A stretch of 20,000 bases of DNA from an uncultured virus (IMG/VR IMGVR_UViG_3300033571_005398) (IMGVR_UViG_3300033571_005398:54761-74760), one strand, 5' to 3'. Positions 1-9,642 are shown, numbered from the stretch's first letter. Notes: generated by a model not told the origin, from the letters alone. A program made the numbers and translations.

Positions 1-381
1 TGTCGCTGCCGCAGTGTATGAAGTAAACCTAACTGCGTATGATGGAATTTGACCCGCAGTAACATAGTATGCGTCTACAGTGGCAATTGCCGAACCGTCT
101 GAGTTATGAGTTACCGTATACGCCGAAGAAAATATGGCAGTGCTGCTGTTTTGCCCCAATGAGCGTAACTGGTCGTCAAAACGTTGCGTGATGTTGCCAC
201 TGCCGCGAACTGCCGCAGAAGCATAGTCGCTGAAAGAGTTTGCTCCTGAGCTAAGGTATACCGTGTAATACACGGTACTCGTGTTGGTTGTTGCGTTGTA
301 AAAAGCAGAGTCCGAGGATACATCTACTTGAAGGGTGTAGTTGTTTATTGTTGATGAATTAGTGCCTGAGTATGCAACCAC
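1..381 (-). CDS. Minor tail/structural protein, DUF859-like (partial; runs off the left edge; not in ORF track)
   Basis: Hand translation from GTG at 381, 5 nt downstream of the previous gene's stop, is open to position 1: MVAYSGTNSSTINNYTLQVDVSSDSAFYNATTNTSTVYYTVYLSS...YTVTHNSDGSAIATVDAYY... It is S/T-rich and beta-strand-like. The NTSTV and TVTHNSDGS motifs are reminiscent of DUF859 phage structural proteins. Confidence 0.7.
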   Translation of the reverse strand, partial: MVAYSGTNSSTINNYTLQVDVSSDSAFYNATTNTSTVYYTVYLSSGANSFSDYASAAVRGSGNITQRFDDQLRSLGQNSSTAIFSSAYTVTHNSDGSAIATVDAYYVTAGQIPSYAVRFTSYTAAAT

Positions 382-386
382 CTAAA

Positions 387-1352
387 TCACCAGAACCAGA
401 GGTCGCCTACTGCAGCTCCGCCAGCAGGTGTGGGTGTAGTGGCTTGTACAAAAATACGAAGGCCTTCACGGGCACCGGCCACGGTGTCTGCACCAGTTCC
501 GCCTCGGTTAAGCGGAAGAATTCCAGTTACTTCCTGTCCAGCAGCGCTTAGAGTAACCAAGTTACCGCCAGTAACTACTCCGGAAGCGTTAATCTTAGCC
601 ACACCAGTAGACGCGCCGCTCGAGCCAGACAGAGTAACTGTGCCAGAAGCTGTTAGTGCGTCGGTTGTCAGGACCTTACCAGAAGGCACCGTCAAACTTG
701 CAGTGAGAGTCTGTGTAGTTGCGCTTGTCTTAGAAACAAAGTTGGTGGTGACATCTCCGGCAAGCGCTACAGTTCCGCTAGTTGCGGGAAGGGCCAGCGC
801 GACAGTGCCGCTAGCGTTTGCTGTAATTGTGGTTACACCAGCAGATGCCCCGTTTACAATAAGGCTTGTAGAAATGACTGGAGAGGTGAGTGCTGGGTCC
901 GAAGCAAACACCGCGTTACCGGTTCCCGTTGTACCGTTAATAATCCCGCGGAGTTGAGTTGCTGTAGTGGTTGCCAGCTGGTCAAGTCGAGGAAGCCCCC
1001 ACGAAGGGGCAGCAGCTCCGTTTGACAGAAGAACCTGTCCAGAAGTTCCTGCAGCCAAAAAGGTTGTGGTGTTTGCAGCTGTGTTGTACGGCACCTGTCC
1101 AGCACCTCCGCCAGCAAGGTTAGTGGCACGGGCCACAGCTACTGTTGACGTAGTTCCTGAGGTAGTTAGGTAAGTCAGTCCCGCGGGGGCATACGGCAGC
1201 GAGGCCCATGCCGTAGTTCCGTCACCAAGCTTGAACTTGTTAGTGTCGGTTTCAAAGCCAACTTCTCCGGCAGCCAAAGTTGGGCCATTGGTTGTCCAGT
1301 TTGCCGCCAAATCGCGACGAAGCTGAATAATGGTTCTTGTAGGAGCAGGCAT
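387..1352 (-). CDS. Tail fibre/structural protein with Mtd_N (major tropism determinant N-terminal)/HylP-like N-terminal domain
   Basis: N-terminus IQLRRDLAANWTTNGPTLAAGEVGFETDTNKFKLGDGTTAWASLPY matches the Mtd_N motif. The body is G/T/A-rich, with a fibre repeat GILPLNRGGTGA and C-terminal IFVQATTP...VGDLWF. SD AAGGA lies upstream. Confidence 0.8.
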   Translation of the reverse strand: MPAPTRTIIQLRRDLAANWTTNGPTLAAGEVGFETDTNKFKLGDGTTAWASLPYAPAGLTYLTTSGTTSTVAVARATNLAGGGAGQVPYNTAANTTTFLAAGTSGQVLLSNGAAAPSWGLPRLDQLATTTATQLRGIINGTTGTGNAVFASDPALTSPVISTSLIVNGASAGVTTITANASGTVALALPATSGTVALAGDVTTNFVSKTSATTQTLTASLTVPSGKVLTTDALTASGTVTLSGSSGASTGVAKINASGVVTGGNLVTLSAAGQEVTGILPLNRGGTGADTVAGAREGLRIFVQATTPTPAGGAAVGDLWFW

Positions 1353-1360
1353 AGTTATCC

Positions 1361-1486
1361 TTACTGGTATTCTGCACTGTCAGGATAGCGCGGACCATTT
1401 ATAGGAAGCACCACCGCAGGACGGGTAGGGTAGTCGACACTCGGGGCAAACTTTAATAGAAATATGTCTTTTGGCAATTCTGGCAT
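1361..1486 (-). CDS. Hypothetical 41-aa Pro-rich protein (not in ORF track)
   Basis: MPELPKDIFLLKFAPSVDYPTRPAVVLPINGPRYPDSAEYQ*. Its ATG overlaps the upstream stop (TAATG), its stop overlaps the SD of the next gene, and it fills the gap exactly. Confidence 0.6.
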   Translation of the reverse strand: MPELPKDIFLLKFAPSVDYPTRPAVVLPINGPRYPDSAEYQ

Positions 1487-2826
1487 TAGAGGATTACCTC
1501 GCTTGCCCTGACTGTAAAGAAGTTGCTTTCGTAAATAACGAGACTCTCGTCAGTGAATGGGTCAATGGCACGGATTTCCCACCAAGTGCGGTTTGCAAGG
1601 TAGCGCGTTTGGTCCGCAGTAAGAGAAATCGTAAATATGTAGTTTTGGTTGGCGTTTACATCTACCGTTCCGGTAAGAGCACTCAACGCCAATACGGTAG
1701 TTGCGGTTCCCGTTACCGTGAATGTTGTAGAGGTAACTGCCGTAATCGTCCGTGTTCCGTTTACGGTTCCATCTACGTCAGTGATTACTACGGAAGTGCC
1801 AACCGTAAGATTGTGCGTGTATGGTGTTGTTAGCGTGATGTTTGTGCTGCCTGCTGTTCGAGCCGCATTTGTAATCGCAAAGTTTGGAAGGCTAGAGTTA
1901 ACGTTAAGCTCAAAGCCCTGCACAATTTGCAAAGAACCTCGTTGCAAAACGATGTTTGCAACAAACGTCTTTCCTGCGTAGTTTTTGGCTGTAAGAGTAA
2001 GGTCGGTAGTGAAAGCGCGTCCTTGGTAAGCCGTGAGCTCTCCGTTTTCTGTTGGGAAAGGAATTGGCTGAGCACCATACGTAGGCAGAGACATTCTCGC
2101 ACGCTGGGCAAACGACCGGTCGTCCACCTCTTGTGGCTTGTACACGGGGACATACCGGTTTGTGGTTTTGGAGATTCGACGCAAAGAAAATACGTCAATC
2201 TTGTACAGACCAACGCCGAGGTGCACACACAGGTCCCGGTACTGCTGTTGACGAGTTTGCATCATCTCCATGAGCTGGCGGTAACGCTCGGCTCGAGGAA
2301 TGGTCACGCCATCGGGAGCTTGAATGTCAATGTCAAACGCTGCATCTGTAGCTAGCGTATACAGCGCTAGGGTAGTGGCGTACACAGCCACTGGGTACTC
2401 TTCAATGGTGGGCAAGTTGCTGACTACGATTTTACGACCAATAGCATCAACGTGCTTTGCGCTGTGCTGCTCAACGGCGTCCGTGACAAGTGTTGTAAGT
2501 TCTGCGTTTGTAAAATACCTAAAATACGTACCACTAACAAGAAACTCAACACCCGACTTCGGCACAGTCTCTCCGGAGTTAACCAGCGCGGGGTACTCTG
2601 CGTTAGTGAGTGTCACTACCAAAGCTCCGGTAGAGGCCTCTACGTACGAATCTGAAGATACGTCAATCCCGTCGGCAATCACCGTGACGCTTGCCGGGTC
2701 ACACGGTGCGTAGTGCAACTGAAAGCGCCCAGTTGTTCCATCAGAAACAAACTGGGTTGCAAAAGACTTGCCTAGGTCGCCCAGTTCTAGGCGGACCTTG
2801 CTAATCAAACCATTAATGTCAGCCAC
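1486..2826 (-). CDS. Virion structural protein, probable head-tail adaptor/neck protein with inserted beta-rich domain
   Basis: 446 aa, two genes downstream of the major capsid gene. N-terminal LISKVRLELGD and internal YFTNAELTTLV resemble adaptor-protein motifs. GTG start with SD GGAG. Confidence 0.55.
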   Translation of the reverse strand: MADINGLISKVRLELGDLGKSFATQFVSDGTTGRFQLHYAPCDPASVTVIADGIDVSSDSYVEASTGALVVTLTNAEYPALVNSGETVPKSGVEFLVSGTYFRYFTNAELTTLVTDAVEQHSAKHVDAIGRKIVVSNLPTIEEYPVAVYATTLALYTLATDAAFDIDIQAPDGVTIPRAERYRQLMEMMQTRQQQYRDLCVHLGVGLYKIDVFSLRRISKTTNRYVPVYKPQEVDDRSFAQRARMSLPTYGAQPIPFPTENGELTAYQGRAFTTDLTLTAKNYAGKTFVANIVLQRGSLQIVQGFELNVNSSLPNFAITNAARTAGSTNITLTTPYTHNLTVGTSVVITDVDGTVNGTRTITAVTSTTFTVTGTATTVLALSALTGTVDVNANQNYIFTISLTADQTRYLANRTWWEIRAIDPFTDESLVIYESNFFTVRASEVIL

Positions 2827-2883
2827 AAAATCTCCGTATTCCTCTGTATCTATGTTCCCGGATTATGCGCGCAAATACAGGGC

Positions 2884-2931
2884 AAAGAGAAGTCCCCCTG
2901 CAGGGAGGAGGGCGAGAACCTGCAGGGGGAC
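2884..2931 (-). terminator. Intrinsic terminator after the capsid operon
   Basis: 13-bp inverted repeat GTCCCCCTGCAGG (2892-2904) / CCTGCAGGGGGAC (2919-2931), followed on the minus strand by TTCTCTTT. Confidence 0.7.
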
Positions 2932-2943
2932 CGTTTGGTAGGA

Positions 2944-3318
2944 CTAGCCTCCGGGAGCCCAGACGTATCCGAGCTGTTCCAGATATGCTGCCAAATCTCG
3001 AGGGACGGAGTACTTTACTCCAGCCTTGAAGGTGTAGTGGTTTCCTACACCATAGGTCATTTCTTCAATATCCGTAATGGTCCGAATAATGACCTTATCG
3101 TTGTTGACCGATACGCCAACTTCTACAACCTCATCAATAAGGATGGGCTGGTCAGGCCTTTTAGGGTCGAAGACTTGAGTCTCCAACTCAATGGCCTCCT
3201 GAGCGCGGCTGATAGAAATCTCGTCTGCACGCTCTTTAATGGCCTTTGCGTTTTGTTTAGCTGCCTTCTCGGCAGCTGCGCCCGTTGCATCCAACGGGCT
3301 GGTGGGAAGGTTTGCCAC
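2944..3318 (-). CDS. Hypothetical head-associated protein
   Basis: 124 aa, immediately downstream of the major capsid gene, with SD AAGGAG before a GTG start. Confidence 0.75.
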   Translation of the reverse strand: MANLPTSPLDATGAAAEKAAKQNAKAIKERADEISISRAQEAIELETQVFDPKRPDQPILIDEVVEVGVSVNNDKVIIRTITDIEEMTYGVGNHYTFKAGVKYSVPRDLAAYLEQLGYVWAPGG

Positions 3319-3348
3319 GATTTCATTTCTCCTTGTATTAATTTTGTG

Positions 3349-3378
3349 TTGGGGGGAGAGCCGAAGCCCTCCCCCCGA
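3349..3378 (-). terminator. GC-rich hairpin with cUUCGg tetraloop after the major capsid gene (attenuator or mRNA stabiliser)
   Basis: Minus strand reads TCGGGGGGAGGGC-TTCG-GCTCTCCCCCCAA. No U-tract follows. Confidence 0.55.
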
Positions 3379-3389
3379 TGAAGCAGTCG

Positions 3390-4523
3390 TTAGTTGGTGT
3401 AAGCCTTAACGATAGCTTGGTCGGTGATGACACCGAGGCCCCAGATGGAGTACCATGCGAGAGCGTGCTCACGACCGAAGTCGAGAACGCCACCGTCACG
3501 GAGCTCAACCGGAAGGCTGATGGCGTGACCAAACGCGTTGTCACCAATCATGATGGACTCGTACACGTCAGCCGTGTTACCGGTAGCCGAGGTAAGGTAA
3601 CCAGCCTCAGCCGTGAAGTCAGCCGACGTAGGGTTACCACCCTGACCGGGGGCGGTGTTCGCCTTGACCGGAACCACGCCAGCGTTAGCAGGAACGCCAA
3701 CGTTGGTCGAAGTGGTGTACGTGCCGTTCGCAGCGAGCAGCTTGACCTGAGTGGTCTCGATGAACACAACGTCGTAGAGGCGACCAATCTCACCAAGCAT
3801 GAAGTTACCGGGGGCGGCGTACTTCGTGACTTCAATGAACTCCGGGTTTGAGCGGAGGTCACGCGACTGCTTGGGGTGAATGAACATGACGTAGGTCTCA
3901 CCAATGCGGGGGATGTTCTTACCGGCGAGGGTAAGAGCAGCGTCCTTGATGGTACCGGTCGTCAGCTTGTGGTTACCGTCGAGGCTCGAGATACCCGTAC
4001 CAACCGTACCTTCAGCGTAGGTGTTGAAGGTGGTCGATGCCGAGAAGCCAGAGCGGTCGTAACCGAAGACAGCCGAGGTGGCAGCCGACAGGGTGTTACG
4101 AGCCTGTACGTCGAGGTACTGAGCCATGTGGCGACCGAGAAGACGCGAAGCCGAAGCCATGATGTCGTCGAACGAGGCGTTCAGCAGCAGCTCGGAAACT
4201 GCAACTGCGTAGCCGTGCTCAGCAACGGTGATGGCAATCTGCTCAGCCGTCAGTGCGTTCGTGGTCATACGAACACCTTCAGTGAGGGGGGTCGGGTCAA
4301 CCGAGAAGTTCTTGTAACGCAGGAAGTTCACGCGGAGACCGGGAGCAACACCAAGTTCCGTCTTCTTTACAGCGAACTGCTCGAAGCGGAGGATGGGCAT
4401 TGCCTGAAACAGGATTTCCTTGGACCAGATGGTCTGGATGGCCTGCGAGAGCTGGCTGTTGGAGCCAGAGTAAGCGGTAGGAGCAGAAGCGAGCTGCCCA
4501 GAACCGGTAATGGCGGATGCCAT
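3390..4523 (-). CDS. Major capsid protein (N4-gp56-like family)
   Basis: 377 aa following portal and scaffold. Motifs LTEGV, ITVAEHGYAV, YVMFIHP...DL, GEIGRLYDVVFIET and DFGREHALAWY. Strong codon bias and SD AAGGAG. Confidence 0.9.
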   Translation of the reverse strand: MASAITGSGQLASAPTAYSGSNSQLSQAIQTIWSKEILFQAMPILRFEQFAVKKTELGVAPGLRVNFLRYKNFSVDPTPLTEGVRMTTNALTAEQIAITVAEHGYAVAVSELLLNASFDDIMASASRLLGRHMAQYLDVQARNTLSAATSAVFGYDRSGFSASTTFNTYAEGTVGTGISSLDGNHKLTTGTIKDAALTLAGKNIPRIGETYVMFIHPKQSRDLRSNPEFIEVTKYAAPGNFMLGEIGRLYDVVFIETTQVKLLAANGTYTTSTNVGVPANAGVVPVKANTAPGQGGNPTSADFTAEAGYLTSATGNTADVYESIMIGDNAFGHAISLPVELRDGGVLDFGREHALAWYSIWGLGVITDQAIVKAYTN

Positions 4524-4555
4524 AGTTTTCTCCTTAAGAGGTTAGAGGTTGTGGA

Positions 4556-5326
4556 TTAACCGAACAATCCCTGACCGCGATTTGTACCGGTAGAGCCGAG
4601 AAGCTTGTCTCGGTTTTTGGCATACTCTGCCATCGACATATTCCGAAGTGCATCCGGAGAAGCCGTCTGGGAGTCCGAGTCATTATCGAGGGGTCCGTTT
4701 GCCGGAACGGTAATGCGTGCTCCGACCATTTCTTTCCGAGTCTGCTGTGACGCTGAGGCCACTGATTCGAAAATTCGAGTTGACTTGTCTTTCAACTGAG
4801 AAACGCTGGATTCAATTTCATCCTTGGTGTTTCCTTGAATGAGGTCAATCAACTCAGGAATAATATTTTCGCGCTCCTGCTCAAGACGCTGCTGGCGGTA
4901 GGCCTGCAAGTCCTGATATTCACGCTCTCGCTCAAGAAGGGCAAGTGCTGCTTCACGCGCTGCGCGTTCGGCGTCAATCTGAGCTTGAAGTTCTTCTTCT
5001 TTCTTCTTAAGAAGTTCCTTCATACCCATCTCTTGCTCAGCCTCTTCAGCCTTTTTCTTGGCTGCTTCGGCCTCACGGGCGGTACGCTGTGCACGACGCT
5101 CAGCTTCCCTGCTCGCGCGTTCCTGCTCCTGCTGCTTGAGCTGAGCAAGTTCTTCCTTCATCTTCTCCATTGTGGAGTACACCTTCTGCTTTTCCTGCTC
5201 ACGAGCCTTCTTGATATCTTCTGCTGTGAACTGGGCGGGGAAGGGATTCTCTTCGGGAGTCAATTCCGGGGTAATGAGCGGTGCATCGGTGGCGGGGTCG
5301 GCCGCAACCTCTGTGTTTTCATCCAT
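4556..5326 (-). CDS. Capsid scaffolding protein (likely start MDENTEV at 5326)
   Basis: E/K/Q/R-rich coiled-coil protein between portal and capsid genes. C-terminal MSMAEYAKNR is typical of scaffold tails. Confidence 0.8.
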   Translation of the reverse strand: MDENTEVAADPATDAPLITPELTPEENPFPAQFTAEDIKKAREQEKQKVYSTMEKMKEELAQLKQQEQERASREAERRAQRTAREAEAAKKKAEEAEQEMGMKELLKKKEEELQAQIDAERAAREAALALLEREREYQDLQAYRQQRLEQERENIIPELIDLIQGNTKDEIESSVSQLKDKSTRIFESVASASQQTRKEMVGARITVPANGPLDNDSDSQTASPDALRNMSMAEYAKNRDKLLGSTGTNRGQGLFG

Positions 5327-5452
5327 TATGATTCTCTTTTCATTCTCTTGGTCGTTTTCCGAATTAGTGACACATGACCTGACTGATGTAACACAAGTCA
5401 ATCTACGAAAGATTAACTTGTCTTCCTAAAATCAATGATTTCAGGAAATTAT

Positions 5453-7186
5453 TTACTTGTCCCTGTCAACTGCTCGACGAGACGGAAGCTTTGTTCCGTA
5501 CGCATCAGTAACAAGCTTGTTTCGGATTTCTGCTTCACCCTGAATCTCAACACCGTTAGTGTTTGTAAGTGGGTCTTGCTGCGATTCCGTAGTAGAGGGG
5601 CCGAGGATACCATCGCCCATAGTGTCGCCGTCGCCAAGCATGGTCGGGTCCATAGGAATGGCCGTGCCATCGGGGCCAGACATCATTCCTGTCATGTCCA
5701 TGATTTGCTTCTGAACCTGAAGCTTAATGAGGTTGAGTGCACCATCGGCCTCAGCATCCTCAATAAGTTCAAGACGAATCTCTTCCAGCTTCTCTTCGGG
5801 GAATTCTTCGCCAAGAGCCCGGAGGGCGCCCTCCTTTGACTCCAGTCCCATTCCCATCTTCTGCTGAAGTTCATTGAGTAGAACCAGCTTGTCAAGCGGT
5901 AGGGGCGGAGGAAATTGTGCGTACGTTTGATACGAAAGAGGGTCGTTTGGGTCTAGCCGGTCGAACTGGCCTTCCTTGAGGGGTCCGTCCTCGTCCGGGT
6001 TCCACAGGAATGTCTCGGGCTCTTTAACGGCAAGATTAAGCATGATAATCTCGTTAATCTTCTCAAGACCAGCACCATACTGTGCGGTCTTTTGAGACCA
6101 ACGGTTCATAAGAGGCTGGTACTGGATAGACAGAGCAACACCCGAGGTGTTAGAGATGGGCTGAACTTGACCCAGAGCGGTTTCCGGGATGTTCATCAAC
6201 TCGTGCATTGAGCGCTTGAGTGTCTCCATGTACTGCATAGCACCAGACAGCCCAGCAGAACCACCTTCAAGGTTAAACACACTCGAGTCTTTGGGCAGAC
6301 CTCCCCAAACCTTTTTGGCACCCTTTTCAAGATTGGACGCCTTGGCACCAATGATTACGGTAACGGGTGCCGCGTGATAGTTAATGATGTCTGCGACATC
6401 GGTAGCTATTTCGTTGTACGACCGATTAAGCGTGATGATGTCGTGGGCGTCTGCGAGTCCCCACGGTGAGCCAGCTACAGGGATATTCGGGATGTGTACA
6501 ACGGGAATCTCACCAAGCGGATTAGGCCGCGAGTCAATGAGCTCGTCGTTGATGTACTCTTCAATGATGTCATCAGTCAAAATCTCCGTGTAAGTAAAAA
6601 CTTGACGGGTTCCCTCAAGAGAGGTTCCCCAAAAGCGGTACTTCTGCTTAAACCGTAGCAGACGAGTCCGGTCGTGGGGGTGAAACTCCGGGAAACAGAA
6701 CGCGCTGTTCAAGGGGAGAATACGGACACGCCCGGGGTGAAACCTCCCAATAGAGTCGGTCCACGCCTCTTCGTAAGCAATCTTTACAAAGCAGTCACCA
6801 GTGATTGAACCAATCTGAGACATCTCAAACAAGATTCGCTGCTTGTCATTGTCTACTTCCCACACGCGCGCGAGACGGTCCGGAACAATCGCCTCGGTTG
6901 CCTTGGGAGAGCGGAAGTGGATTCCCTTACCAAAAGTAAATCGAGTCAAGTAGTCAATGAATGCACGGTAGTAGTTAAACGATACCTGCATCTCTCCTTG
7001 CTCGCGGCGGTAGCCCCAGTGGTGGCCGAGGTACATTGCCCAGTTGAGCGAGTAGCGATTTAGGCGAGGCCCGTGAACCTCAAACTCTTCATCAGCAAGT
7101 TCTACAAGCCCAAGGGGCGAGATGCTGATGGTTAGGTCAGAAGATGCCGCCCTATAACTAGGCGGCGAAAAATCTGCAAATGACAT
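5453..7186 (-). CDS. Portal protein
   Basis: 577 aa between terminase and scaffold. Motifs SITGDCFVKI, NPLGEIPVVHIPN, SGVALSIQYQPL and FPPPLP resemble SPP1 gp6-like portals. Confidence 0.9.
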   Translation of the reverse strand: MSFADFSPPSYRAASSDLTISISPLGLVELADEEFEVHGPRLNRYSLNWAMYLGHHWGYRREQGEMQVSFNYYRAFIDYLTRFTFGKGIHFRSPKATEAIVPDRLARVWEVDNDKQRILFEMSQIGSITGDCFVKIAYEEAWTDSIGRFHPGRVRILPLNSAFCFPEFHPHDRTRLLRFKQKYRFWGTSLEGTRQVFTYTEILTDDIIEEYINDELIDSRPNPLGEIPVVHIPNIPVAGSPWGLADAHDIITLNRSYNEIATDVADIINYHAAPVTVIIGAKASNLEKGAKKVWGGLPKDSSVFNLEGGSAGLSGAMQYMETLKRSMHELMNIPETALGQVQPISNTSGVALSIQYQPLMNRWSQKTAQYGAGLEKINEIIMLNLAVKEPETFLWNPDEDGPLKEGQFDRLDPNDPLSYQTYAQFPPPLPLDKLVLLNELQQKMGMGLESKEGALRALGEEFPEEKLEEIRLELIEDAEADGALNLIKLQVQKQIMDMTGMMSGPDGTAIPMDPTMLGDGDTMGDGILGPSTTESQQDPLTNTNGVEIQGEAEIRNKLVTDAYGTKLPSRRAVDRDK

Positions 7187-7189
7187 TAC

Positions 7190-7492
7190 TTATCGCCCTT
7201 TTTCTTTTTGTTTGTTAACCCGCCGTGCGAGTTGTTCGCGCTTCTTCTCTTCGAAGTGCTTTTTTGCCATCTTTTCTTGACGAGTCTTTACCGACACATC
7301 CGCAAACTGACCGCCATGTTTAATGTACTGGTCGTGCACCCAGTGGCTTGCGCCCGGGGACGGGTACTTAGAAAAACGAGCTTTGGCCTGCATGATAATC
7401 ATGCTCCAAAGACGCTCGTTAGTCGGAACCTTGTGTCCACCAGAGTGGTCACCCTTGTGAACTAGGCTCCCGCGTTCGTTACGCGAATACAT
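7190..7492 (-). CDS. Hypothetical basic protein
   Basis: 100 aa with SD GGAG. Contains KYPSPGASHWVHDQYIKHGGQF and a K-rich C-terminus. Confidence 0.7.
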   Translation of the reverse strand: MYSRNERGSLVHKGDHSGGHKVPTNERLWSMIIMQAKARFSKYPSPGASHWVHDQYIKHGGQFADVSVKTRQEKMAKKHFEEKKREQLARRVNKQKEKGR

Positions 7493-7511
7493 CTGCTCTC
7501 CAATCTGAGAG

Positions 7512-7560
7512 AGGCTCCACTACAACCACTGCCGTAACGACGGGGGCTGTGGTGGAGCCT
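7512..7560 (-). terminator. Long intergenic hairpin, probable terminator
   Basis: AGGCTCCACTACA (7512-7524) pairs with TGTGGTGGAGCCT (7548-7560). The minus-strand tail is pyrimidine-rich (CTCTC). Confidence 0.55.
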
Positions 7561-7571
7561 TTCGTCAGAGT

Positions 7572-7967
7572 CTAGTCGTTTACGACAGTCGGGTTGAGGC
7601 GCTGAGTGCGAGCACCCGAGCGAGCAACGACCTCAACAGTCTGCTCAGCGTAGTTCGAGAACGAACCGTGAGCAAACTCTCCGAGGAACGTCGGGGCCTC
7701 AATCCAAGAGCAAGAACCAACGTGAGCACGCTCGCCAAGGGTCTCAGCGGCAGGCTTCTGCCATACGGGGGCATTCCGGTTCGGACGACCGGGAGCGGAA
7801 GCAAAGCCGCTCATGATTCCCTTCTGGAAATCGGTGGGGACATCCGTGTCAGTCGCAATACCTTCTTCGAAACGAAGAGGTCCACGACGCTCAAGGTTGC
7901 CAGCGGCCTTCATGTCGTAAGACTGAGGCGAACGCTCCGGGAAAACGGGTGCGGGTCCAATACCCAT
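7572..7967 (-). CDS. Hypothetical protein between terminase and portal, possibly a virion protein (likely start MGIGPAP at 7967)
   Basis: Strong SD AAGGAG before the ATG at 7967. Codon bias resembles the capsid gene. Has its own promoter-like motif upstream. Confidence 0.75.
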   Translation of the reverse strand: MGIGPAPVFPERSPQSYDMKAAGNLERRGPLRFEEGIATDTDVPTDFQKGIMSGFASAPGRPNRNAPVWQKPAAETLGERAHVGSCSWIEAPTFLGEFAHGSFSNYAEQTVEVVARSGARTQRLNPTVVND

Positions 7968-7985
7968 GAGAAACTCCTTAGTATG

Positions 7986-8017
7986 TTGAAATGCGCATTT
8001 CAATTACAAGTCTGACA
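7986..8017 (-). promoter_or_regulatory. Promoter-like TGT-CAGACT (8017-8009) followed by a perfect 18-bp palindrome TTGAAATGCGCATTTCAA (7986-8003)
   Basis: Read directly from the terL-7967 intergenic gap. Confidence 0.5.
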
Positions 8018-8052
8018 AGTTTTAGCTCCAAAGTGTTATCAAACTCTAAGTA

Positions 8053-9642
8053 TTAGAAAAATGCACTAGAACTTACCTGAACCTCTGGCATGACCAAATC
8101 GACTGTCATTGAGCAAGCAATGGCCAGTGAGTCTACGTAGTCATCGTGCGCGTACGTTTCATCTGGAGCAGCCACTGTAAAGTTTGGCCCTTTGTACTGG
8201 ATTTCTGCATCAGTCATTTGCTGCGTAAACCGCTTCCAAAGTCGAAGTCGACGGGTCTTTGCATGGGCAGGAAACGACAGCATGCGGCGTTGCATTAACG
8301 CTTGGAGGTGCTTGAAGCGCTTGGACTGCTCGGACTGACTAGACGTAAGCGCAATGACTTCTGCTCGGGGCATAAGCACTTTGAGTCGTTGGGCCACGGC
8401 GTCACCGACACCGTTAGCGTCTACACCAATGGCAAGAACATCGTAGTTACTCAAGAAGTTGACAATCTGGAAGTACTGCTCTTCCCAGTCATCGCCCTGA
8501 ATCTCGAGCCAATTAAGCACGCGGTGGTCAAAGTACCCGAACTCGTCTGGCCTATCCCAGTCGACCCAAACGACAGTCACCACGGTGGAGTCCATTTTAC
8601 GGGCCGGGTCAATGCCGACAACCACGGGCGTTTTGTGCCACATCTTTACAAGCTCTTGGCTGGTATCCCCAAGCTCATCCATGAGAGTCTGCGTAACAAA
8701 CATTCCTCGTTCAAGCAGCCACTTGCAGTTGTATGACATTTGAAACTCGTCTGAGTCTTCGCCAATTCTAAGTTTCTCTTTGCTGATGAATTTGGCGTAG
8801 TTTTCGTTTACTTTAGCAACGTCTTTCCAGTCCCACTGAAAGTGGTTCTGTCGTGCCCCTCGGCCAGTAGCTCGGCGTTTATTTAGCTGAATGGCCCTGT
8901 AGAAGTTGTTTTTGCTTGTAGTTGGGGTACCGGTCTTAATCATGGTTCCGGCGTAGTACGCCAGCATGGGAGAAATTGACTTAGATACCGTAAAGTCGTC
9001 GGCCTCTTGACACTCGTCAATAACAACAACGTGAAACGACTTAGACTCAATCTTGGCGCGAGGGTTGGCCGTCATCATGGTCAGTGTGGACCCAGAACGC
9101 TGTAGCCTAATCATTTTGGTAACGCCACCAACACGTTTGGCAGAGTCGTCAATCTCTGGGTCGCCAAGAATCTCAATAGCACGCTCTGAGGTAAGCCGCG
9201 TAACGGTTCGACTGAACAGGGTTTCTGCCTGTGACTCTGTGGGGGCAAACATGCCGACCCACAAACCGCCTTTAAACTTACCCAGTAGGTCCGGGTACAG
9301 CTTTGCGAGCAACGGAAGAATGACCATCAGAGTTGCCAAGGTGTCTGAAACAGTCTCAGTTTTTCCAGACTGACGAGAGGCTAGAGCGGTAACTTCTTCG
9401 CCATCGTTGATGATTACAGATTCAATGATTCTTCGTGCCAAAGGCTTTTGGTAGCTGTGCAGGTCGTGGCCTACCAGCACCACCATAAAGTGCATAATCT
9501 TTTCAATAAGTTTATTTACAAACTCTTGGCTGAGCTCATCCATGTCGTCATCGACGTCGTCAAACTCATTAGTCTCGTAGTTTTCCTGATAAAACTCGGG
9601 AGTAATCTCTTCAAATTTACTCTCGAGCTCGTCGTCAGTCAT
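8053..9642 (-). CDS. terL: Terminase large subunit
   Basis: Walker A SRQSGKT, Walker B VVVIDECQE, coupling motif TGTP, RNase H-like nuclease motifs VGIDPA and HDDYVDS. Confidence 0.95.
   Translation of the reverse strand: MTDDELESKFEEITPEFYQENYETNEFDDVDDDMDELSQEFVNKLIEKIMHFMVVLVGHDLHSYQKPLARRIIESVIINDGEEVTALASRQSGKTETVSDTLATLMVILPLLAKLYPDLLGKFKGGLWVGMFAPTESQAETLFSRTVTRLTSERAIEILGDPEIDDSAKRVGGVTKMIRLQRSGSTLTMMTANPRAKIESKSFHVVVIDECQEADDFTVSKSISPMLAYYAGTMIKTGTPTTSKNNFYRAIQLNKRRATGRGARQNHFQWDWKDVAKVNENYAKFISKEKLRIGEDSDEFQMSYNCKWLLERGMFVTQTLMDELGDTSQELVKMWHKTPVVVGIDPARKMDSTVVTVVWVDWDRPDEFGYFDHRVLNWLEIQGDDWEEQYFQIVNFLSNYDVLAIGVDANGVGDAVAQRLKVLMPRAEVIALTSSQSEQSKRFKHLQALMQRRMLSFPAHAKTRRLRLWKRFTQQMTDAEIQYKGPNFTVAAPDETYAHDDYVDSLAIACSMTVDLVMPEVQVSSSAFF

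Noticed and set aside
387..1352. Diversity-generating retroelement suggested by the Mtd_N domain
   Set aside because: No reverse transcriptase, no TR/VR repeat pair and no C-type lectin C-terminal domain are visible in the window. Mtd_N is common in non-DGR fibres.
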